64,000 nt of DNA from Octopus vulgaris (Eukaryota). The stretch is taken from assembly GCA_951406725.2 (NCBI GenBank), contig OX597819.1:47988001-48052000 (forward strand). Reading direction: 5' to 3'. Under the pieces are notes generated by a model, which saw only the letters and a program-made list of their open reading frames with translations, was not told the origin of the DNA and ran no database searches. The translations under genes were made by a program, and so were the position numbers. This document shows positions 26,428 through 39,533 of the stretch, in pieces. Position 1 is the first letter of the stretch. Each line of letters opens with the position of its first letter.

Positions 26428-26580
26428 ATGAGTAAGGTGTCGTTCAGAGCTAGGGCTCTGGATTCCTCCAAGCCAATGCCCGTTTTTCGGGCAGAAGAAA
26501 TTCCGGACTTACCGGATTTTGCAACCATTAATAGATCGGTACCACAAATGCCCACGGGGATGGAAAAGGAAGAAGAGTCG
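26428..26580 (+). CDS. EPC1: First coding exon of Enhancer of polycomb homolog (NuA4/TIP60 subunit, EPcA N-terminus)
   Basis: Translates to MSKVSFRARALDSSKPMPVFRAEEIPDLPDFATINRSVPQMPTGMEKEEES, closely matching the known EPC1/EPC2/E(Pc) N-terminus (MSKLSFRARALD...INRAVPQMPTGMEKEEES). The 153-nt exon ends exactly at a canonical GTAAGT donor (26581), phase 0. I did not find exon 2 (expected EHHLQRAI...) in the window. Confidence 0.95.
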
Positions 26581-26824
26581 GTAAGTCTCGAACGCTCATT
26601 CCAACCTTTCTTTACAAAATGGCTGTCATGATGAAATAGGCGCTACTCATTCAAATATTCAAAATGCTATATAGAAGCATCGGAGTCTTGTTAATATACT
26701 TTGAAAACACCGAGTTACTTCTATATATTGTGGAAAAAATATTGTTTCGTGTGGTTCTATCTTAAAAAGTAGCATATTGTCTGAATTTTATTTACTGCCT
26801 GTCACGTGATAATGTTCAATGTGC

Positions 26825-26836
26825 GCCGCCATTTTG
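26825..26836 (+). promoter_or_regulatory. YY1/Pho consensus site in the 5' part of EPC intron 1
   Basis: GCCGCCATTTTG matches the YY1 consensus. A reverse-orientation CAAAATGGCTG lies at 26615-26625 and an E-box GTCACGTGAT at 26801-26810. Confidence 0.5.
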
Positions 26837-28050
26837 CTTTTAATTGAACTGCTCTCAATAGTGGATCGTGTGATGATCGATCGTACTGGATCTTAGATTT
26901 GTCACACTGTTAATACTGCCTCTTATTTTCTTCGCTGCATATATTTTTTTATGTGATGTGGAACAAATGTTACTTTTTTAAATACGATTTCTGTATTTTA
27001 GTTTTACGATCCATTATAGTAACCGTCAATATTAATAAGGTGTTTCCCCGTTTCAGGGAATCCCCATGCCGTTCCACTCATGCGATCGCGTGTCTTGGAG
27101 GCGTCACTTATTGTGAACATATTTTGTTAATTATTAATTATCTCTTTGGTTGATATTCTTGCAAAATGACACATCTGGCCCCAATGCATGAAACCTTCTC
27201 AGAATAATTTTGAATTTTATTTAAAAAAATTTCGATGAATGAATTAAAACGAAACTAATTTTCGTTACAAGGCTGGTTGGTTCGCTAGTATTCAAAACAG
27301 GCGTATTATATGTGACTGGCTTTGACACTAGTCATTTTACTTATAAACACACATTTATGTCTCTATAGAACTCGATCATTGTTTATAGATGACTATATTG
27401 ACAGTTATTGATTTAATTCTAGTTGTTAAAACTTGTCTGCTGTTCGATCTGCCTGGCAGTGTAAGTTATTCACAAAGTAAATAGCGTAACACGTGGTGTT
27501 AGCCTATTTGTTTACTACACCGATGAAATGTCAATTTTTTTTTTTTATTATTTCGAAACAATATATTTAAGAAATAACAAACATGTATTATCAGTTATTA
27601 CATAACAGTATATTTCGCTTTATTCGTATTTAGAATGAATAAAATGTATATTTGTCCGTTCTTTAAATTTGAGTTTATTAAAACTTCAATCAGTTTATTC
27701 ATTTTTATTTTTTCAATAATATTTTTTTTCAGATTCATAATTTTCAAAAATTCATTTATAATCGTTATGTAATGAAAGCATTTTCCATAACTCACCTTAC
27801 TATGATCTTTTTTTTTTGTTCGAAAAGTACTATTATGGAATAACTCCATAACTTTTATTCCACGATCGCACTTTTTAGTGATTGATGAGCGTGAATTTGC
27901 AGCGATAAACCATTATTTTAGAATATATTGAGGCAGTATTTTTGTTACACCCCATCTATTTTATGATACTGTCATATGCATAGGCTAAAATAAAAGTCCA
28001 TTTTCAATCGAAGATTCAATATGTGTGTGTATATATATATATATATACAT

Positions 28051-28096
<46 letters not shown>

Positions 28097-28097
<1 letters not shown>

Positions 28098-28115
28098 AAT
28101 TTCGTAAACTACGTC

Positions 28116-28185
<70 letters not shown>

Positions 28186-28204
28186 GACGTAGTTTACGAA
28201 ATTT
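28097..28204. repeat. Perfect 108-bp palindrome centred on (AT)30
   Basis: AAATTTCGTAAACTACGTCACTTT-(AT)30-AAAGTGACGTAGTTTACGAAATTT, where the arms are exact reverse complements. Confidence 0.92.
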
Positions 28205-31200
28205 CATTTACTTTAAATCATATGTTTGTTTTTATCTGATCGAAAATATATTTGACCCAAATATTTCTTCTGCTGATTGATAAACACGATGTTTATCTTG
28301 TTGATTTAAGTTTTTGTCTTTAACATTAATTAAGATGATGAGAATTTTTGAAATCGATTTAGACAACGTCTTTAAGATTTCCATTAAAGTATGATTCGAA
28401 ACAAATAGTAAAAATTTGTTGAATATAGTTCCACTAAACTTCAAGATGAAATTACACTTTCCGAAGTGACACATAAAGCGAAAGTAAAATTTTTCGACAA
28501 ATGTTCTTCATTCATTCATTTATTATTATTATTTTAGATTTTCTGCTGTGTATTGACAAATAGTTTTACTTTTCTTTGATTTATGCTTTACTGTTAACTG
28601 TTTTTTTTTTTTAAAAGGTAATATTGGAAATTCTTAAAAACTAGGTTGACTATTTTATAGTTTTCATAATAGCCAATTATAAGTTCTGTCAACAGGTTCC
28701 ATCAATGAGCTGGCTGATCTGTTCGCAATCCAGTTTCAATTTCAGATTAGAGCCGATTCATTATACTTAAGCCGATAATATTTAGGGAAAGCAGTACCAG
28801 ATGTAACAACAACCTAATACCGTCCGTCTCCTTCAATCAGTCGAGCACTTGCGTAGACACCGATATCGTTGGGAACATTCCGAGTTCAAATTTCTCAGAC
28901 AAAACTTTAACTTTCATTTGCTTGTTGTTTTGTTCCAGATCAGCCCTAATAGAGCATACTAATGATTAAAACTGTTCGAGCTGTTACAATCTTGTCATTC
29001 GTTCCGACCTAGTATATCTCTGACTAAATTACCAATGTGTTCTTCTCTTTTTTAAAAAAACAATAGAGTATGATTTGCGGAACACTCGGCTGCTGTTTCT
29101 GAACGATCTGTTTGACTAGAAGCAGCACCAGTAATACTCCCTCGAGTAATAGTGATACTTAAACTTTTAAATCAAACACCCTTCTCCCTCTCCACGAAAA
29201 ATTGAATTTGTTTTTACGCAAGAAATCAATATTAGTGGAGCCGGGTCAATAACACTAGTACTAGTAATATAACGGGAGTGATTCGTGTATATATTCATTG
29301 TTTTATGCCTAAACCAGATATCAACATCAATATATCGTTTATGTTCCTGACAAAGGCATGCACACCACATCGTATCACTACCCACTCCTTTATAAACTTA
29401 GAGCTTTTTGCCGAGGTCAAAAATCAATATTTTTGGAAATGGCAGCAGCCAATAGAAGCTGAGACTAGAAAATTTATAGTATTTAGTTTCGTTCTCACTA
29501 GTTACCGAGTTTAAATCTTGACGTTTTTATTTCTCTGGGGCTGTTTAACTAACTCTAGGTCAGACCTAAGCAAGCAGACATATATTGACAGGCGTTCCAA
29601 CTATGACCATCCCGTTTTTTCTTCCTCACCAGATATTTTGTAACGACTAACATTATCAAATTTGTTGTTTTCTGAGACAGCAGGATGTATTTAGAGTGAT
29701 ATTTTGGCTGCTATTTTTTTTTTACCTGGTCGTTTCTTCTGCTGTAGTCCCGGTAAACCATAATCATCCCATCTTCTTAGGAGCATGTAGGACTACGTTA
29801 TGTTGTTTCCATATTTAAGACGGAAGAATGTGATTTAAGGGTGATCTGGGTGCTTTTTCTAGTAGGTCGAACGACTACGTAGAGACGATCTCATAATGTA
29901 TAATATTATTTACATTCTTATTTGTTTTTACAAAATTTTATCCCTTAACTAAACTAATACAATCGATATTTGTTGGTATGTAATTAAAGCCTTAAATTAA
30001 TGTTACAGCAACAAAGTTAATTTAATCTTATTAAAGTAGCTTGAAAGTAAATCAACATTTTGTCGATTCAACATAATTTTTTTTTTAAATTACATTTTAA
30101 CTAATATTGTAAATGCTGGTTATTATTGGTTCAGTATATGATATTTTAATGTATTGTTAATCAAAGATTAAAAAAAAAAATGTTATTCATTATCTTATAA
30201 TTTTGTTCTTTCAAGCACAAAAATTCGAAAATACAGTGATTAGTTATTGTGTGTATTTGTGTGTATATATATATTTACTACTTCTGAAAAATAATCAAAA
30301 TCAATGAAAAGTAATTAACAACTTATGGTGTTTGTCTAGTAGGTACAGAATGTGCAGCTTACTGTTGAATGAAATTTTCTTTTGTTTCTTTCTCATTTTT
30401 TTTTTAAACAGTTTTTTTTTCTATTTTTAGTAATCAAACAACAATGTGAAAAAAAAAAGCAACAAACAAAAATAAATACAATCTGTGATTAAAATTTGCG
30501 AATGTTGATTATTGAGAAGCTGTTTAACTTGTGAAATTATAGATAAGCATGTCAATATACTAGTGAGATTAATTTGGCTCAGTAGAATGTAATTAAGTAT
30601 ATTAATGCAGTTTTGAATGTTAAAAAGCAAAATCACTTTGTTTCTGTTCTTGAATTCTTCTATTATTATTTATATTCTATTACAATTAAAAGGCAATATT
30701 TATTTCAAAATTTGGCACAATTAAAAGCAGTACTAGTTCCAGTAGTATTTCATTAGCATACCAGTCATATACTGGGGTCTGTTTAGGGGACTAAACCACC
30801 AACCCCAAATTGTCTGTTCTACTGTGATGTTTAGAAATCATTTTTGTTGCCTTGTACCTATGTGAGAAATTATATTTTATTGAAACTATAGAATACAATA
30901 CCAAAATACTTTTTGGTGGCAGGAGGGAGTTGTTCTGTGGCTCTGAATTCTCTGTTGCTGATTGAGATTGATTTAGTTGATTGTCACTACTTTTTGTTAC
31001 AAAATTTGGTGCTATTCTTATTGGAAGGAAAATTCTTACTGTTGTTAATTGAATTATATTACAACTGATATCTAATTGTTTTTATATCTTAGATTTATGA
31101 TTTACATATTTTACAAGATGACATTTTTTTTTGTACTCCTTTAAACTTTTCGATAAACCAGTTTTCCCATCACAGTAAAAATAACGAAGCAATTTCTTCA

Positions 31201-32948
31201 GCTAACCAAAAATAATTGCAGTTTTTGGTTAGCTGATTGTACTTGTAATGCTAGTGGTGATCTGTATGTTTTAAGAGACAGCTCTTTGGATTGATGGCCA
31301 AGTTTAATCCAGGAAATTGTTTTCCATGTCCCTTATTCAATTTGATATGATTCAATAATTTCATTTCCATAACTACTTACTATTAAGAGGGTAAACATCA
31401 ATCTCTTAGGATATCAAAATAGTATATTTTTTTAATTAAAAGATTTAATCATGTTAAGAGCTGAAACTAACACAACTTAAAAGAGGAAAGATTCTAGTTT
31501 ATTTTTGTACAAGTTTGATTATTTTAAGAACTAATTGTTATGCTCTTAGTTACAGGCTTTAATGACATGGTTGTTAGAGTCATAGATAATCCTTCTAAAA
31601 CCATAGCTATTGCTCCCAGAGCATTCATCTGTAAAACACCTACCATAAGCAACCAATATTTTAATTTCCTGCACCATAAAGATAGACTAGGTGGGAAAGG
31701 GTTGTAAAATTGTTAAAGAAACAAAAAATTGTTTATTGGGTGATCCATGATAAAAGTTAATATTTGGCTTAAACAATGTTTGGAAATGTCTGCTCTTGTT
31801 TATGAGAGACGACCCTCTGATACTATGATTACATGCTATTGTAGGTTTTAACCATATAATAAATATATCAGCTTGATGATTATTAATTTGTAAAAGGTTT
31901 ACAGAAAATGAGGTCCAAATAGGAAAATATAAACTGCTCCTCTTCCCCTTTCAATAATGTTAAAAAAAGAAAACGAAAGAGAAACCTATTGCTTTCATGT
32001 GAAAATCATGAAAAATTGAGGATTATTAGGTAACTGGTAAAATGCAACCAATTATATTGTTTGCTTTACTAGATAGCAATCATTTAATCTGCCAGTTATC
32101 ACAAACAAATCTTTAATGTGCTGTTGGTATTAGACATTAGTAAAACTGTATTAACAGAAAGGACTTAGAAAATGTTTGTAAGCTAGTAATAAACAAATAG
32201 CGAAAAAAACAACAACCCACATTCATTGTTATCTGGTACCATGACACATTTTCCTCTCATTGATGTGTATGTATGTATCTATCTATGTATGTCAGAAATA
32301 AAATTATGTTTGTAGTATTGAAGAATTTTATTAACATTGGTAGATATTTAGGCTATAAAAGTTGTATTTGAGCTGCAAATTATTCCTCTTACCTGTATAG
32401 ATTGTTTACCAGTAAGAGTTTAAATCCTATCAATAAATAGCAGCATTTTTAATGAGCCACTGAAGATTGATATCTTCTTGGTTGCTTGTCTTGTTAAAAA
32501 AAAAAAGCAACCAAATCTCCCTCAAATAAGATAAGGAATAGTAATGTAATCTTCAACACCCCTAAAGTGACTGGATGATCATAGTTAGAACACATTTAAT
32601 CAAGATTAAACATTTACATCTGAAGATTTAAATGTTAAATTTTGTTTTGGGAAATTTCCTGATAGTTGTACCAATAAATGGTTATTTTTTAACATTTTTT
32701 AAAATTGTGTTTTAAGCATGGCAAGAGTCAAAAGCTGCAAACAGCCTTGATCTGAACAAACTTATATAGAACAGTAGAGTTGATTGTCCTATTAGGGATG
32801 TTTAGATCTACCACCAACAGCTGTAGACATATTCATTGGATATATATATATTATGAGTCATGGTTGACTGATCATGTTTGTAATTAGCATATAGGATTGA
32901 AAAGGCAACAAAATAGATAATTTGAATCTTTTTATTATCTTTTGTTGG

Positions 32949-33425
32949 TAGAATAATACTGACTCCACATAACTTGTTGACACTGAACAAAAAAAAATAT
33001 ATTCCAAAAGAAATTGAAATTATTTTCTGCGTTCCTAATTGTAGTCTTCACTTTTGGGTTCAATTCATACTAGGAGAAATGAATAATAGATAATTAATAA
33101 TGATTGTATTGATGATGAATCTCTTTAATGAGTAAGTCTGTCAAAGACATTTTTCTTCTGTAAATATATGAAAAATGCCACAACTTCCAAAGAAGTGCAA
33201 ATATTAATTCATATCACCAGAGTTTTGAGCTTTTTTTCTGGCACTGCAGAGAAATTAAATTTTTATTGATTCAATTTTGAAAATGACTGCTGCTAATAAT
33301 TAATAAGTTAAATTATTTGTGGTAAGTTATACAATTAGGAACACAGAAAATAATTTCAATTTCTTTTGGAATATAATTTTCCCTAGTTCAGTGTCAACAA
33401 GTTATGAGTAGTCTGTATTATTCTA
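32949..33425. repeat. Inverted repeat / MITE-like foldback, about 95-bp arms and about 290-bp spacer
   Basis: 32949-33043 (TAGAATAATAC...ATAACTTGTTGACACTGAAC...TTCCTAATTGTA) is matched in reverse by 33330-33425. Confidence 0.85.
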
Positions 33426-36400
33426 CAATTTCCTGCTCAGGATTCTTGCAGCAAGTTGATAAGAGGCATTCGAGAAAATATAGAGCTTTATGAGTTAAGA
33501 TATCTTTATTGCAAATGAGTTATTAAAAACAGTTTAGTATTTCTTGCATTGTTTTTTTTCCCTATTTCTTCACAAGTGGAAAGAAGTGTATCTGAGAAAA
33601 GACTAAAATGGAAATAGGATTGAATCTATTGATCACGTTTAAAACTGTTATGGAGCTATCGTGGCTGAGTAGAAAACAGTAAGAACAAGCCTGTCAGTAG
33701 AAGTCTAGGCAAGTCAATGGCATTTGTAGATAAATACTCTGTGTGTGATGGAGAATCTTGTGGATTGAAGCAAGCACTTGAGAACATTGCATTTGATAAT
33801 AGAAATAGTGTGATGTGTTAGTATTGGTTTTACTTTATTTTATAGATTTTAGAAATGGTGGTTCTCTGCTTAGATATATTACTTTGATTTTAAATTTCAG
33901 TAGCATTTTCTATTGAGATAGGTTTGTAGAAAGAAATGCAGAGATTAGATTAAGTTTAAATTAAACTGTCACTTAAAATGTGTCTAATATTTTAAATGTT
34001 TTTTTTTTTTTAAATTAACAATAATTACAATTATTGTTATAAAATAAAGTAAGTCTACTGACTTGGTATGATAAAAATGAAATTTTAGTTTGATAAATTT
34101 AATGTAATTATGGTTAAAGATATTTCTTTTATAATTTAAAAATATACAACTTTATTGTAAATTACTCATTTCTTGAGTTTGTATCTGCTGTAAAGTAATT
34201 ATTTGTCTGTATTTAGGCTATCAGCAAAATCAATGTCATTCCTAATTCTGATTTTCACTGACAATTTGTTTATAAATTGGGAAAGTTACTATTGAAGCTA
34301 GACTTGTTTTGAAATTTATGTAGTAAATCAATTTAATTTAAGAAAAAGAATGTATTTATTTTTTTATTATGATTTTAGTTAGCATATTTTTAAGCCCCCC
34401 CCCCCCAAAAAAAACAACAACATTTGGCTGTTCTGACTTGCTTTATCTTTAATTCATAATGTAATGACCTGATTCTGCATCTTGCTTTTGGAATGTCGCA
34501 ATTTTTGTCTAAAATTTAACTCAGTACACTTTTAAACAAATTGTTTTTCTTTCAATAAAATCACTGTGATTTTTCCGAGAAGACATGGATATTTAATTAA
34601 ATTATCTTGAAGAAAATTTTTAATTTCTAAGTTACATTAATTACTGTTGGGATTGACTTTAGTTCTAACAATATTTAGAAGTGATTTTAATAGTTGCAAA
34701 TATAGTAAAAAAAATATAAAATAAATAAAATAAAAAAACTCTGAAAGAAAAATTATTAGTTTGACAATTAGCAAAATTCAGAAAGAATTATTAAAAATGG
34801 AATTTATGAAATTTTTTTAGTGTTTTATTGCAAGTAATACACTTTATCCTAATGACCCAATAATAAATAAATATGTTTATTAAATCTTGGACTTCTGAAT
34901 AATAACAATACAATCTAAACTGTATTTTTATATATTACCTAATATTATCTTTTAACGTAGAGACTAACGGGAATAATAAAAGTTCTGGCCACAGATTGGA
35001 ATATCTATTTTTTTCTAATTAAGATTTTGTTACTAGAATTATTATTTTATATTAAACCCCCCCCCCAAAAAAAAATTGAAGCTTTTAGTTGAATGGTATT
35101 TAGAGTTCTCTTTTTTTTCTTTTTTATTTTTGTCTTGGTGAAGTCAGCTCATTTTCCTTTAATTAGTTATTCCTACATAGGTGAGACTGATGCAGCTGAT
35201 ATCCATCCTTAATATTTGGAGGTCAATGTGGGAATTGGGAGTCTGGTTTGATGTTTGCAACAGAGTAAACTCCACTCAAAGGTATCTACGAACCAGGTGG
35301 CATTGTTTGTATTACTTCATCTCAGATCATCCCTAACTGAACAGTCTTATTTATGATCAGAAGTATTCCTGTCATAACCATCAAACCTTTTATCCTCCCC
35401 CCTCCCAGACAGTTTATATTGGGTTGTATTATCCACTAATGCTTTCCTTTTTCTTTAAGACAGTAGAGGTGCGTGATATGAGGGAGATATGACTAGGTCA
35501 AGTGACCATAAATTAGTGTCCTCTTTGGTTACAGAGTGGTGGCGGTAATTTTAAACCCTCCTCATCCCAGTAGTATATTAGGTATAGAACTCAAAGCTGA
35601 TTTAGATACTTTCACAGACGTTTCATAGTTTTGTAATTGTTTACATTATGTGATTGATATACTAGGAAGGGCATACAGCTATTAATAAACAAAACAAAAA
35701 CAATGTTACCACGATATCTACATCGGCGGAACTGACCTAATACCCACTTTAATATCTAGTACAATTGGTAACAAATGTGCTAGAACATATCTGTTTGGCT
35801 CTTGCTAAAGCACTGCTATAAATATGCTGCATATGTGATGAAGATAAACTCTCTTCATTGAGTTAGTCATCGTAGAGTTACTCTGGCAGCATTGTTCAAA
35901 TGAGTGGATAATTTCATCTTCTTTCTTATTAATGGAAGTGGTTTTCGTCTTAATTAGAATCCCTATATTCGTAGATGTTACCACTAGTATATTGGCATGT
36001 TGCAGGAATCTAAGCACAAGAATTATTATTTTTCTAATATTTGTATAGATTTGTATTGTTTGTGAATGTGCTATATAAAAAAAGATTTTATATATATATA
36101 TATTTATAAGTATGTATGTATTTAAACATCCATTACAGTTAGCACAAGAATTCTTAATTGTTTTCTCTTTTTTTTAAAATCATTTTTATGACTTTTTTTT
36201 CTTTAAACAACTGCCTCATCTTCTTGCAGGTGCTATAACTGCCAAATACAATATATGATGATGATGATGATCACAAACATCATCATCATCATCTTTCAAA
36301 CACCATGGGACATTTGAATCATTCTCATCATTTTATCGTGTCTGTACTCTGCTGATATAAGTTAGATGGATCTTCCTTAAATACATGGCAACATGCCTGA

Positions 36401-39275
36401 TACGTGAAATATCTAGGATAAAGAAGTTTACAAGCAGGATGTACAGTATGTATGTGTAATGAAAATACCTACATGACCTGCTTTGTAGGCACCTTGTCTT
36501 CTCAACCACTGAAATTAAGCTTAGCACTAGTTACATTTAGTTTGTTGGTTAATAATTTGTTTTGTAAATATCTTCTGGTGTCTCTGAAGCTGAATATCTT
36601 GCACACGTGCTCTCTCTCTCTTTCAATCGTGAATGGCAGAATCACAGAGCATAAAACAAAAAATGCCCTGTTGTATTGGGTTATGACTCCCTATATATTG
36701 CAAGTTCAAATTCCACACAAGTTGACTTGCCTTTCATCCGTCTGAGGACTGAGTTGTAAAATAAGTACCACTGCCAATATAATTGATTCTATCCTTGAAG
36801 GTAGTTCACCAGCATGAGTATGAACCAACAACTGAAACCACTAAAAGAAAATTTCAATTTACTGAGTTGAAATGGTCAATTAGATCTGATATTGATTGAT
36901 CTCTCCTGTATTCATGTCTTGGCCCAAGCATATTAACTCTATTTACCAATAGATGGTGGGCGAACATTAGATATCAATAATTGCCTTAGAGCTTATGTCT
37001 TAGAATTTATGTCATTAAGCTAAAAATGATAACAAGTTCAATCCTGTCTGTTATGTTATACCTCTATTATATGTTTTTACATTTTATGCAGTGTTTTTAC
37101 CATAAAAAATATTAAAATACCCAATTCTCTTCTATATGTTCTCTCTCTCTCTCTCTCTCTCTAGCTGTCTGTTTATACATTGACTGGAATTTGTGCTAGA
37201 TACACTTTTATTGAAAAGTAGTCTCATGTTCCTAGTTTTCCTTTTTTTTTTTTTTTAAATACCCACAGTTATCTTAGCAGACTTGCAGAACAATCACAGC
37301 TGGTGGAATCAAGTGGAATCAATAGGCTGCCAGACTGGTGGTTCATATCCTGTATCTAGCATGACACTATTGGTTAAGACACCTAACTGTCATAGTTTCA
37401 ATATGTTTACCCTGCAGCAAGATCCTCTGCACAGTTGCTTGATCTGTTAGAAACAGCAGCCAAATGTGACTCATTATCATACATATTCTGCTGTTTAAAA
37501 AACAAAAAAGTGAACATTTTGCATATTATATGTTTGAAAAAAGATGGGATGGAGAACATCTTTGATCATAGGTGTGCTTGATCAGGGTTGACCTGGTTGC
37601 TAAACAACAACAACAACAACAACAACCTATAATAGGTACTAATTCATCATAAATAGTCTGAGTACTGTAAATTTAATGAATGTTTCATTTTGGTTATAGA
37701 GTTGAGCTTAAACTTTCCCCCAGGAGTGGGATGGGACAGGCTCCTGTATTAGACTTGCTCTTGAAATTTGAGATAAGCTTTAGTAGACAACACTATCAAA
37801 GGGTAGGGAATAAAATAGTAATATGTAATGTTAGTAAAATATATAAAGCTCACACACACATGCCCTATTACACACAAACACTCACTTACTATAACACAGT
37901 TTAGAAATCTGGGATATCAAAATATTTTTGTAATATATCTTTTGATATGCCTTACTCTTAGTTAATGCTTTCTCAATTAGTCAGGGAAGTATATAGAAAT
38001 ATGAGTTGTTTCTTGTTGAGGAACACTGCACAAATAAATACTGCTGTGGGTGTGCAAAATGAAAAGCTTGGGGTTCAGTAATCTTACCAATTCGGTCCTT
38101 TAATTGTATCCTTCATTTATTGTTATTATTTAGGAATTTTGTGAAAAGGTCATAAAACAAATCTATTTTGATCCTAGTCCCACTAATTATAAACCAAGAC
38201 AATGACGGAGCCTTTATATTGCTCTACTTGCTAGAAATATCAGTCCAATATTCCTCAAATAACATCCTAGCCTCTTCAGCAAGGCAAAACATATAAGATA
38301 ATATAGTCATAAAAAAAAATCAAAATCAAAAAGGATGGTCATGATTGGAATGACCTTGGTCATAGGTTTATTCAATTAGGTTAAACTGCTATTGATTATG
38401 AATAACAACAATAATAATCCGTTCTAATTTAGGCACAAGTCCTGAAATTTTGGGAAAGAAGGCTGTTAATTACATTGACTCCAGTGCTCAACTGGTATTT
38501 ATTTCATTGACTCCCAAAAGAATGAAAGGCAAAGTTGACCTTGGTTGAATTTGAACTCAGAACATAAAGACAGATGAAATGCAGCTAAATATTTTGTCCA
38601 GTGTGCTAATGATTCCACCAGCTTGCTACCGTAATAGCAACAATAATAATAAAATGTAGTTTCTTCTATTTTTAGTTTGTAATTGGCAATTGAAGAAATT
38701 GTAGATAAACAACTCCATAACAATGTTTTAGATTATTTAAATTCATTTGAATCCTAAATCCACTCAAACAAATGGTTTTCGATGTTGATAAGTGCCAGCA
38801 AATAAAATATCTTGTTTTTTGAAGAATCTGCCGACTGTTGTTTTGATGCTGCACAGTAAAAAGAACTAACAATGATTGATCCGTTGGAAATGTTTGAACT
38901 GATTTCTTTAAAATTTCAAATGAGATAAAAACATCCTCACAACCAGAACAAGAGAGTTGATAATAAAATGTTTATCCTTTAGAATCTGAGGAATTCTTAC
39001 GCTTTCCATAGAAGATCAATGATTTTGCTTTTCATTCTTCAAGGATTGATAAATTAAGTACTAGTCAATTACCAGGATTGGTTTTAATTGAATGTATTTT
39101 CTGCCATCAAATTTTCTTTTCTATTGCTTAGTCAAGAGGGAAAGTAGTGCTGTGACCCCTTACAGGCTAGTAAGAAAGGAGGGAAGAAGGTATCCTGAAG
39201 CCAAAAATCTAGCCTGAACACTTGCAGTGGCATGAACTCTTAAAGCACTTAATACCAGGTGGTGTTATACTAAGT

Positions 39276-39533
39276 CAATGCCTCTCAACCATTTTTTGCC
39301 TATAGATCCCTTTGATCCCTATTTTACTCTACTGGACCTCCATGGCCATTCAGTGTATATATAAAAAAAAAATTTACTGTATTTTAAAAATTAAATATCA
39401 TTAGGAATTGTATAAAACGATTAAAATATTTTGTGCATTGTAGCAGTATAAGCAATTCATTGCATATAAATTTTAACAACTAAATCTTATATAAACCCCC
39501 AACTGTCATATGGGTGCAGGTTGAGAACCATTG
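39276..39533. mobile_element. hAT-type MITE
   Basis: TIRs CAATGCCTCTCAACC / GGTTGAGAACCATTG with an 8-bp TSD TACTAAGT / AACTAAGT (7 of 8 match). A similar right end lies at 1-45. Confidence 0.78.

Noticed and set aside
26392-26631. 79-aa ORF as a complete protein
   Set aside because: Only 26428-26580 is EPC exon. The TTG-started extension and the read-through past the GTAAGT donor are not supported.
36190-36240. Strong-looking acceptor (TTCTTGCAG|GTGCTATAA) as EPC exon 2 or a poison exon
   Set aside because: There is no EPC homology and an immediate stop in phase 0. Such acceptors are common by chance, so transcript data would be needed.
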